IMG/VR virus record: IMGVR_UViG_3300025000_000108
Coordinates: 1 to 60,447 of that record
DNA from: a virus
Taxonomy: Duplodnaviria; Caudoviricetes
Strand: one strand, 5' to 3'
Length of the DNA stretch: 60,447 nt
Positions within the stretch are counted from its first letter, which is position 1; each line of letters begins with the position of its first letter. The translations under genes and the position numbers were made by a program. Under the pieces are notes generated by a model that saw nothing but the letters and a program-made list of their open reading frames with translations, was not told the DNA's origin and searched no databases. Positions 1 through 7,885 of the stretch are shown here, piece after piece.

Positions 1-499
1 GTAGTATGGCTGGGACTCCTAGTAGGGGGCTAATAATGCTCATAAATGTATGATATTGTGGCTAAAGGTACACCCCCCATAGCACCTACCAGGGTTCTCA
101 GAGGTGCTGAGAGGGGTCCCCCAGGGGCTAAAAGAGGTGCCCCCAGGAGGTGCTGAGAGGCAACCCTTTAGAAATCTCCGAGCCTTTTAGAAATCTTTTG
201 TCTCAATAGCTGCAACTTACCCCCAGTCCTGATAGACTATCAGCCTATTAGTCCTAACAGATTACCATAGCACCTTATAGCTACTATTAGGTAGTTAATA
301 CAAGATGTTAGATGCTAATAGAGCTATTAGCATCTAACAGTATATACTAATAGTACTATTAGGTACTCTATGGGTACTTAGTGAGGTGCTAATAGTACTC
401 CTATTAGAGTTATTGTTATTTAATCTAATAATGCTGTTAGGTCTATAAGAGTTATGGGAAGTCACCATGAGATACTAGACTTGATTAGTACTTTTTCTC

Positions 500-528
500 T
501 TGACTAGTATCTGACTTGAGGGTATAAG
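500..528 (+). promoter_or_regulatory. Host sigma70-type early promoter (TTGACT-N17-TATAAG)
   Basis: -35 TTGACT at 500-505, 17-nt spacer, -10 TATAAG at 523-528, upstream of the first + strand genes. Confidence 0.6.
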
Positions 529-984
529 ACTCTCATACTACATACCTGCTTAGGTGATTGCTTTTCGGATAGCTTAGATAATGCGTCTCTTTAGATAGCG
601 TCTTTAATGGCTCCGATTAACTCAGGTACTATTAGAGTACCAGTTGTAACCAATAGCTGTTTGACCCTGGTATCTTGTTTACCAGTTAGGCTAATAGGTG
701 CTGAGAGTGTACATAACGCAGCTAGATAATAGCTGTATGACCTACTAACGAACCTGTAGGATACATTGAGTCTTGTTAAGTCTTGCACTCAGTAGCTAAA
801 GCAAGATGAGCGCCAATTTACCCTTTTATGGCGCTAGTGATAAAAGGTGAGTTCAAGGGCTGCTAACTAGCCATGACTATGTTAGATGAATTACTGTTTA
901 ATTGTGCTGATAGGTGCTATCAGCTTCTATCAGTACAAACTAGCCAGTAGTTAACTAAATAACTCAATCTAATAGGTGCTAACA

Positions 985-1161
985 ATGAAAAGCAACGTAG
1001 TTGCTGTTGAGCGTAGCGAAGTAAAAGCAAAAGTAGTGGGAATGGTGCAAAAAGAAACAAGAGTCAAACCCTGGCAGGTACCTTGCAAGGTGCCCTTCGG
1101 ATCAATGTTACGAAAGGAGTTGAGTAAGCGATTGATTCCTGTGAATCGTGCTGGACGTTAA
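985..1161 (+). CDS. Hypothetical early protein
   Basis: ORF track 976..1161; the ATG at 985 is preceded by an AGGTG Shine-Dalgarno. Confidence 0.55.
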   Translation: MKSNVVAVERSEVKAKVVGMVQKETRVKPWQVPCKVPFGSMLRKELSKRLIPVNRAGR

Positions 1162-1300
1162 CCTTTAGTGCTATCAGGTGCTATAACCTGATAGCACCTT
1201 TAAGAATACTAGATGTTTATCTAGTGTGTTTAAAGGTGCTATAAGAACGGATACTTCAGTATCCACTAAACAACTAACAGAAAAACAAAAGGTGAAAATT

Positions 1301-2020
1301 ATGTTAACTCAATTCAATGCAATGGGTAATGGTTTCTGGTCACATTTAGAAGAAGCACAAAGAGCAAAGATATCATCTCGTCAAAGATATGGACAATTGA
1401 TGGATGAGCTGCAAAGCAAGGGTGTTGCTTTCCAGGATATTGAAGCACATATGATGAATGAGGCTAAAAGGTGCGGATTGTACAGAAAGAACCATTGGTC
1501 AAAGACTGAACTAGTTTATATGCCTGTTAGTCTTCTCGCGAAGAGAAGAATCAATTGGTATATATGTCTGAATAACTTCCTCAATTGGCTGAGAGTTAAC
1601 TATGCTTCTTATGATCTCACCTTGAAAGAGAAAGCAAAAAGAGATAATTCGATATCTCAACTCAAAGGAGAGATAGCTGCAAGACAAGCTGCAAAGTCTG
1701 GTACTGCTATCATCCGCAAGACAGATGAAAGGGGTAATGTATCTGAAACAATCATCAATGTGACAGGTGCAACAATCGGACAAGTAACCTCTGAACCTGT
1801 AGTAGAAGAAGAGATACTTGCAGATCTGCGAGAAGAACAACAGCAAAGTATAACAGCACCTGTTAGCCTTGCACCTGAATTGTCACTCATTCAGGTGCAA
1901 CAAGTAATCCTTCAAAACTTCAGTGTGCTTGGTAAGATAGCACAGGAGAAAGGAGCAAGCGCAGTCGATGCTTTTAATGCTCTTATGCTAGAACTAGGTA
2001 TGACTGAAGAGTTGTTATAA
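1301..2020 (+). CDS. Hypothetical early protein
   Basis: Long ORF 1226..2020; likely start is the ATG at 1301 after AAGGTG; no recognised motif. Confidence 0.75.
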   Translation: MLTQFNAMGNGFWSHLEEAQRAKISSRQRYGQLMDELQSKGVAFQDIEAHMMNEAKRCGLYRKNHWSKTELVYMPVSLLAKRRINWYICLNNFLNWLRVNYASYDLTLKEKAKRDNSISQLKGEIAARQAAKSGTAIIRKTDERGNVSETIINVTGATIGQVTSEPVVEEEILADLREEQQQSITAPVSLAPELSLIQVQQVILQNFSVLGKIAQEKGASAVDAFNALMLELGMTEELL

Positions 2021-2118
2021 GATAATCTTATAGGTTCTACAAGGTGCTAAAAGACTCTTTTAGCACCTGATAGAGTATGTAAGAAAAGATAAAAACTTTA
2101 CTAATAGGTGATACTACT

Positions 2119-2661
2119 ATGATTAAAAAAGACGGTAATTATTGGATTGATGAAAATAGAAATAGATGGAATGCAACTTTATACAATAAAGAACAAGCTG
2201 AAAAGTACTCTAAGAGCTTAATTAGTTGCAGCGATTGCAGAAATTGCAGCAATTGCAGCTATTGCAGCTATTGCAGCTATTGCAGCTATTGCAGCTCTTG
2301 CAGCGATTGCAGCTCTTGCAGCGATTGCAGCTATTGCAGCTCTTGCAGCGATTGCAGCTCTTGCAGCTATTGCAGCTATTGCAGCTCTTGCAGCTATTGC
2401 AGCTCTTGCAGCTATTGCAGTAACTATAAGGAAAACCCAAACAGATACACGGGAAATAAGATAGGAAGTAGAAAAAGCCAAACTACAGTCTATTGGCTAC
2501 CAGGACAAACAGAGCAAGTAGTTTGCGGTTGTTTTAAAGGTAATCTCGATCTATTAGAAAAAGCAGTCTTACAGAAACATAAAGGCACTGTATACGAAAA
2601 AGAATACATGTCCTTTATTAACACTGTAAGAGCTATTAGGAAGATGGAAGAATCACAGTAA
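2119..2661 (+). CDS. Cys-Ser-X repeat protein with a conserved phage C-terminal domain (VVCGCFxG...H...Y)
   Basis: 22 CSx repeats; the C-terminal CGCFKG domain resembles that of phage pentapeptide/hexapeptide-repeat proteins; AGGTG RBS. Confidence 0.75.
   Translation: MIKKDGNYWIDENRNRWNATLYNKEQAEKYSKSLISCSDCRNCSNCSYCSYCSYCSYCSSCSDCSSCSDCSYCSSCSDCSSCSYCSYCSSCSYCSSCSYCSNYKENPNRYTGNKIGSRKSQTTVYWLPGQTEQVVCGCFKGNLDLLEKAVLQKHKGTVYEKEYMSFINTVRAIRKMEESQ
2227..2424 (+). repeat. 9-bp tandem repeat, 22 units (TGCAGC-TAT/TCT/GAT/AAT)
   Basis: Directly visible; in frame within 2119..2661. Confidence 0.95.
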
Positions 2662-2827
2662 GTTAGTCAATAGGTGCAAACAGAGTGTAGTTTGCACCTA
2701 TTAGCTAGATTATTGTTTGTTGTTAAATACGTAGTATTTTTGAGGTTGTTTTCTAGACAACCGAATAAAAATGTCTTAGATTCTATAAAGAGTATAGGAT
2801 AGTTTTGTTGTTTCTTTAAACTAATAG

Positions 2828-3010
2828 GTGTATAAAATGATTACAAGAGTTAGTCCAACAGTAGTTAGAGTATCGAAGAGACACCTAGCAGAAGTAAAGA
2901 GTAACAGATCTGCTAGGGAATTGTCAATAAGCATCTTACAGGGTCAAATAGGTGCAAGGAGATTTAGCTTGCAGAGGTTCATACAAGAGAGAAGTTCTGT
3001 TATTCTGTAG
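2828..3010 (+). CDS. Hypothetical early protein
   Basis: ORF with AGGTG RBS; the real start is probably the ATG at 2837. Confidence 0.55.
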   Translation: MYKMITRVSPTVVRVSKRHLAEVKSNRSARELSISILQGQIGARRFSLQRFIQERSSVIL

Positions 3011-3368
3011 ACTTACAGAAACACCTTAAATAGGGTGTCTAATAGGCTCTGTATGCAATGATAGTTTAAACATGAGTTACCCTACGTGGTAGGTGCTAGA
3101 TTTTCAATGTAGGTACCTTGTAGCCTCTTTTTGAGGTATATCTAAAACTAAAGGAGATGAATTATGATTAATGTGTGTATGTGTAAACATGAAAGTCAAG
3201 ACAAGATGTTCAAGTATTACCAGTAGAGTTAGTGCAACTCGCACGTAAAGAGGTACAAGAGATGTTGAAACCAACAGAAACCAAATAGTTAACCTCTATC
3301 GGAGCCTATAAGCACCTTATAGGCTATAGTAGGTGTTAAATCTACTACTCAAATAAGAGGTACTAATA

Positions 3369-3710
3369 ATGCGTATGTGGATGATAGAACCTAGTTTATT
3401 GTGCAATCAGCACCTACTAGGGGAACATAATGAGCTTCATAAATTCAAACCTTCATTTGAAAAGAAGTACTCTATAGCCAAGAGAGTATTCCCAATAGTT
3501 CAAATAGAACCTCTTATGATGGAGATAAGACATAATCAGTTAGTTGAAGAGATGACTATTAGAGGTATGAAGCACAATAGTCCTTATTTCCTTCCTGATC
3601 TCTCTTATCTCCCTGATTGGCAGTTAGAAGTGAAAGCAGATATTAGCTATAACTTACAAGATCTTTGCAATAGGTGTGAAGATTGTAATATTAGAATAAT
3701 AGGAGAATAG
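3369..3710 (+). CDS. Pyrimidine dimer DNA glycosylase / endonuclease V family protein
   Basis: N-terminal MRMW..P..LC.QHLLGEH.ELH and H..LV.EM..RG..H.SP motifs typical of the Pyr_excise family. Confidence 0.8.
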   Translation: MRMWMIEPSLLCNQHLLGEHNELHKFKPSFEKKYSIAKRVFPIVQIEPLMMEIRHNQLVEEMTIRGMKHNSPYFLPDLSYLPDWQLEVKADISYNLQDLCNRCEDCNIRIIGE

Positions 3711-3714
3711 TTAT

Positions 3715-4569
3715 ATGAAACTAAGGTGCAATTGCTGCGATGGTATTTATAACTCCTTAGATGTTCATTTTACTAGTGCTTGTGATAACAAATGTTCTCA
3801 TTGTGTTGATCTTTGTTATAAAGGTCTTGGTATAAAAAGGCCAAATGTAAGTGCAATAGTAAAAACAATATTAAACAACTGTAACAATATAGATGATGTT
3901 CTTTTCTTAGGTGGAGAGCCTTGTCTATACATAGACGAATTAATAGACTGTGTGAGACAACTGAAGTCCAGGACACAGCTAAAATTGTTTGTGACAACTT
4001 CAGTTCCTAAGATATGTTATGATAATAAAGATAAATTCTATGAGTTAATAGATCTTATTGACGGAATTAATCTCTCTGTTCAACACTATAAGGAGAATGT
4101 AGCTGATAAAATAAGACGGACAACTTCATCGTATGATAGACAATCTTTTTATTCTAACTTACCTAATAAGAGTAAAATTAGAATAAACCTAAATATTGTA
4201 AAACCATTCTTATATACAAAAGAAGATATATCGAATTGTCTTCGTCATTACGATAAGATGGGTTTCGATTCGATAAAAGTGTCTGAGATACAACATGGAG
4301 AAGATGTTTTTATCTCTTTCGAGGAGGTATTTAACTTAAAGATGAAATCCCCATACTCAAGTGGATGCCAGATGTACTTAAATATGAATAAAATATTAGG
4401 TGATTTTTCAACACCTGTATTACTAAAAAGATCTTGCTTCTTGTGTGAGGAAACACTAACAGCGTCTATCGCTGATGGTGTGAAAGTACTTCTGAAGTTC
4501 TTTAAGAAGAGTAGTAATGGCTATGGCGTTGTATATGAAGATGGGACATTAACAAAAGGGTGGATATAA
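3715..4569 (+). CDS. Radical SAM enzyme
   Basis: CxxxCxxC (CDNKCSHC), GGEP motif, 'INLSVQH' strand; extra Cys at both termini. Confidence 0.9.
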   Translation: MKLRCNCCDGIYNSLDVHFTSACDNKCSHCVDLCYKGLGIKRPNVSAIVKTILNNCNNIDDVLFLGGEPCLYIDELIDCVRQLKSRTQLKLFVTTSVPKICYDNKDKFYELIDLIDGINLSVQHYKENVADKIRRTTSSYDRQSFYSNLPNKSKIRINLNIVKPFLYTKEDISNCLRHYDKMGFDSIKVSEIQHGEDVFISFEEVFNLKMKSPYSSGCQMYLNMNKILGDFSTPVLLKRSCFLCEETLTASIADGVKVLLKFFKKSSNGYGVVYEDGTLTKGWI

Positions 4570-4652
4570 TGTTGTACACAAAAATTCTTAGAAGGGTTGT
4601 AAAAGTATTAGAAAGAATGGCAGGTCATTGTGGTGGTGGTCACTGTTCTTAA
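4569..4652 (+). CDS. 27-aa peptide MLYTKILRRVVKVLERMAGHCGGGHCS, candidate radical SAM substrate (RiPP precursor)
   Basis: Translated by hand (below the ORF-track cutoff); its ATG overlaps the radical SAM stop (TAATG); basic leader plus His/Cys/Gly core. Confidence 0.7.
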   Translation: MLYTKILRRVVKVLERMAGHCGGGHCS

Positions 4653-4670
4653 TAGATAATAGAGGTAGCT

Positions 4671-4775
4671 ATGTTCATTAAGGTGCTAATAGCAATTGTA
4701 GTTCTACTTTTCGTAATCCTTGTGCTATCAGATGATGACCGGGATAATGATAGTACTAATGATAACCTCTTGTAG
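4671..4775 (+). CDS. 34-aa single-pass membrane peptide (MFIKVLIAIVVLLFVILVLSDDDRDNDSTNDNLL)
   Basis: Translated by hand; GAGGT RBS; hydrophobic stretch plus acidic tail. Confidence 0.55.
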   Translation: MFIKVLIAIVVLLFVILVLSDDDRDNDSTNDNLL

Positions 4776-4788
4776 AAAACGCTTAGAT

Positions 4789-4849
4789 TGACCTGTAAGC
4801 TCATTTTCCTACCAACCTATCCTACCCTACTGACCTATACCTAATCGTT
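4789..4849 (+). repeat. Dispersed bipartite element, copy 1 (12 bp + 17-nt spacer + 32 bp)
   Basis: TGACCTGTAAGC and TATCCTACCCTACTGACCTATACCTAATCGTT are the exact reverse complement of the blocks at 35034-35045 and 34985-35016. Confidence 0.9.
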
Positions 4850-5341
4850 CCGTATAGGTCATCCTCAGCCCTTTTAAGGGTATTCTAGTAATAGCACCTG
4901 CCAGAAATCTAGTAGCACCCTGGCAGGTGCCTCTTGTTAAGTTACAATAAGTACAGGGCTTCGTGCAGAAGCCCAAGGCAGCTGCCGTTTGAGGCGATCT
5001 AGTAAAGATTCAAACAATCTATAGGTACTAATAGTACTATTAGGTGTCATTAGTACTATTAGTACTATAGGTACTAATAGTATCTATAGTACCCATAGGT
5101 CTAATAGAAAAGAAGATAAATAATATTATTAACTTATCTATTAGGTATAGTCTATTAGCTTCTGTATGTGCTTTTAGTACATCTACGAGCACATACAGAA
5201 CCTAATAGGGTTGAGAGTACTCAAAAGGCTCTCTCTCAAGCGGCGAGGGCCTAGAGGTTCCTAACGGAACCTCGTCTAATAGATGATCTGTATGTGCTTA
5301 TAGATGTACTAATAGTACATACAGAACCCAAAGGAGCTAAT

Positions 5342-5519
5342 ATGTCTAAAAGCAATCTGTATTATCATAAAGATATTGACAGTTTAGTGCTATTAGTACC
5401 TCCTATAGAACCTAATAGGTGCTAATGGGTGTGTTGGTCAGACTGGTAGGTGTGTAAGAGATTCTAATAGGATGGCAATATGCTTAGAAAATAATCAAGT
5501 GCATACTAGGGATCTTTAA
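5342..5519 (+). pseudogene. Possible frameshifted small CxxC protein
   Basis: AAGGAG RBS and ATG at 5342; stops after ...PNRC; the +1 frame continues NGCVGQTGRC..., like the CxxC proteins at 6062 and 6246. Confidence 0.35.
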
Positions 5520-5537
5520 GAGGTTAAAGGAGCTAAT

Positions 5538-5756
5538 ATGAACTGTCATAATTGTGGTAAGAATATAACTGATAGTAACATTGTTAATTATCTTCTATAC
5601 GATGGTAATGAAGGTTGGACTAGAACACCTGGTGCTATAATAACTATTTGCTCTGCTTGTAGATCACCTAATAGAAGTGCTTATAGGTTAGCTACTAAAC
5701 CCAATAGATGGAAACTATTTATACCTGTTGGAGAGGTGTTTAATGAGATGCTCTAA
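5538..5756 (+). CDS. Small zinc-finger protein (paralog family A)
   Basis: CHNC...ITICSAC; AAGGAG RBS. Confidence 0.7.
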   Translation: MNCHNCGKNITDSNIVNYLLYDGNEGWTRTPGAIITICSACRSPNRSAYRLATKPNRWKLFIPVGEVFNEML

Positions 5757-5955
5757 TTGTAGGAATGAGATAACTGATAACCTATTAGGGATATTATACC
5801 ATACAGAGGGACAGTGGTCTGGTTATTTCAGGGGAGATAATAATGGAACTGAGTATTTTATTACTCTTTGTACTAATTGTAGAACCTATAAGTTTGAAAA
5901 AGATATAGGTGCTTTTCAGTCTAAAACACATAAAGTATTTAAACTAAAGCAGTAA
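5743..5955 (+). CDS. Small zinc-finger protein (paralog family A)
   Basis: CSNC...ITLCTNC; GAGGTG RBS before the ATG at 5743. Confidence 0.7.
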   Translation: MRCSNCRNEITDNLLGILYHTEGQWSGYFRGDNNGTEYFITLCTNCRTYKFEKDIGAFQSKTHKVFKLKQ

Positions 5956-6061
5956 AGTTTATTAACTTAATAAGGAGAATAACTGAGTGCTAATAGACCT
6001 GATAGGACAAGTAGCTATTATAGTTTTTATTATCTATTCTTTAATTATAAGATCATCCTAG

Positions 6062-6262
6062 ATGCACCCTAAGAACATATTCAGGATAAGAGATAAACTC
6101 TTTTTACGTATTAGAAATCCATCGAGTAACTGTAGGAATTGTTATTTCTATGAGCCTGATACTTGTATCTCTTATACTGCTGATAGGTGTGGCAGTATAT
6201 ACGATTCTTTAAGGTATAACTTTACTCTTTTAAAGGAGAAAGTAGATGTTAATATATCTTAA
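6062..6262 (+). CDS. Small Cys-rich hypothetical protein
   Basis: CRNCYF..C...C pattern. Confidence 0.6.
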   Translation: MHPKNIFRIRDKLFLRIRNPSSNCRNCYFYEPDTCISYTADRCGSIYDSLRYNFTLLKEKVDVNIS

Positions 6263-6440
6263 AAGAATAGACACAATGCTATTAGGTGTAAAGAGTAAAT
6301 CTAACAGTCCTGACCTTTGCTACGGATGCTATCTTTATGATAATTTTAATGGTTGTAACTGTGAAGATTGTTGTTGTCCTAAGCATTATGGAGTAGACCA
6401 AGATCAAACTCTTGTAACTATTAAACTAAAGGAGAAATAG
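6246..6440 (+). CDS. Small Cys-rich hypothetical protein
   Basis: CYGCYL...C.C..CCC; AAGGAG RBS; resembles 6062..6262. Confidence 0.6.
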   Translation: MLIYLKRIDTMLLGVKSKSNSPDLCYGCYLYDNFNGCNCEDCCCPKHYGVDQDQTLVTIKLKEK

Positions 6441-6441
6441 A

Positions 6442-6705
6442 ATGAAAATTATCTTAGAGAACACAGAGCACAATACCAAAGCAGAAGTACAACTGAGGGA
6501 AGATATTATTCAACCAGGAGTCTTTAAAGAAGTGAAGACTCACTTGTGCAAGTGTGGTGGTAAGTGTGGGTGTTCTGAGATGGGTCATCATGTGTGTAAA
6601 TGCAAAGAGAAGGAACTACAAGTAGCTATTTGCACTGATACTCAAGGTGAGGTATATGGGTTGATAACTAATGAAAATATTAGTATTAAAGGAGAAAAAG
6701 AATGA
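6442..6705 (+). CDS. Cys-rich hypothetical protein
   Basis: CKCGGKCGC..H..CKC cluster; AAGGAG RBS. Confidence 0.65.
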   Translation: MKIILENTEHNTKAEVQLREDIIQPGVFKEVKTHLCKCGGKCGCSEMGHHVCKCKEKELQVAICTDTQGEVYGLITNENISIKGEKE

Positions 6706-6941
6706 CAGGTTTTAGTTGGTACTCTATGGAGTCTGCCATTGTCTTGTTGAATATGGCAGAAAAGAGAGGAGAGTGGGAGAAGACTTTCAAGGGTTATGGA
6801 AAAGATGGTATAGACTTTAAAACTAAGCTGACAAGGAAGGATGAACTTATAGAGGTCTATATAGATGATAAGCTTATCAAGAAGTGCAGTAATGAGGGTG
6901 AAGTTCTGGATATCCTCTCAAAGAAAGCTGAGGAATTTTAA
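6702..6941 (+). CDS. Hypothetical protein
   Basis: ATGA-coupled to the previous ORF; AAGGAG RBS. Confidence 0.65.
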   Translation: MTGFSWYSMESAIVLLNMAEKRGEWEKTFKGYGKDGIDFKTKLTRKDELIEVYIDDKLIKKCSNEGEVLDILSKKAEEF

Positions 6942-6972
6942 CTAAAAGTATAACGTTTAAGGAAATAAAACA

Positions 6973-7770
6973 ATGAAGATTCGTATTTTACGATATGGTG
7001 TAAGCGATAGCCTTAATGGGCTTATAGATATTCTAAGAGCAGATGGGCATGATGTAAAGAAACTCCTCTTAGGTGAATTGAGTAATTACTGTGGTGTAAG
7101 AGGTCATCTTGTAATTAATTGGGGGTCATCTGACAGAGGTAAGGTGAGAAACACAGTAAAGATTCTTAACGATCCTGCCGCTGTTAGAATCAGTAGTGAT
7201 AAACTGAAAACCTTTGAACACCTTACAGCACAAGGCTTTACTGGTAGGATTCCTGATTGGACTACCAATAAAGATGAAGCTAAAAGGTGGATCACTGAGG
7301 AATTTGTACCTGTATATTGCCGCACTATTCTCAGAGGTTCACAGGGCCACGGAATCGTTGTAGCTAACACAACTGATGAGATTGCAGAGGCTAGTCTCTA
7401 TGTGAAGAAACTTCCGGTTGATAGGGAGGTAAGAATCCATGTATTCAATAGAGAGGTTATTGATTTCAGCCAGAAGAAAAAGATCAACAGAGAAAGGAGA
7501 GAAGCTGAAAACATTACTGTCAACACTGATATTAGGAACCATCAGAATGGATGGGTCTTCGCGAGAGAAGGTATCACAGTACCAGACAGGGCAAAAGAGT
7601 TAGCTATAAGTGCTGTCAGTGCTGTGGGTTTAGATTTTGGTGCTGTAGATATTGTTATACACAATGATGTACCAAAGCTGTTAGAGATTAATTCCGCACC
7701 AGGAATGGAAGGGACAACTCTTGAGCGATACTTCCAGGCTACCCGTCTATACATATCTAGTTGTCAATAA
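6973..7770 (+). CDS. ATP-grasp ligase (RimK-like, phage type)
   Basis: INWG, N...SSDKLKT, GSQG.GI, E.RIHV, LDFGAVDI, LEINSAPG motifs. Confidence 0.9.
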   Translation: MKIRILRYGVSDSLNGLIDILRADGHDVKKLLLGELSNYCGVRGHLVINWGSSDRGKVRNTVKILNDPAAVRISSDKLKTFEHLTAQGFTGRIPDWTTNKDEAKRWITEEFVPVYCRTILRGSQGHGIVVANTTDEIAEASLYVKKLPVDREVRIHVFNREVIDFSQKKKINRERREAENITVNTDIRNHQNGWVFAREGITVPDRAKELAISAVSAVGLDFGAVDIVIHNDVPKLLEINSAPGMEGTTLERYFQATRLYISSCQ

Positions 7771-7885
7771 ACATAAGTCAGGTTGCTCATTTGAGTCATA
7801 CCTAGCTGGTTCCCTCTTACAATATTTCAACGAACAAGATAATTCACTTTTTAAACAACTTCTATCTAAGGAGAATACTATACCT

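Noticed and set aside
540-880. tRNA or protein-coding gene in the leader (ORF 591..788, - strand)
   Set aside because: No cloverleaf or T-loop consensus seen; the ORF has no RBS or motif and opposes the early promoter.
2227-2424. Possible CRISPR array
   Set aside because: Contiguous 9-bp coding units with no unique spacers and no cas genes.
2218-2481. Alternative-frame ORFs over the 9-bp repeat (AAI, LQL and CNS repeats)
   Set aside because: They are open only because the repeat has no stops; the 2119..2661 frame has an RBS and a conserved C-terminal domain.
3164-3288. Short ORF fragments after a strong AAGGAG RBS (MINVCMCKHESQDKMFKYYQ)
   Set aside because: Only 20 codons, with a possible out-of-frame continuation; may be a deletion remnant but too weak to call.
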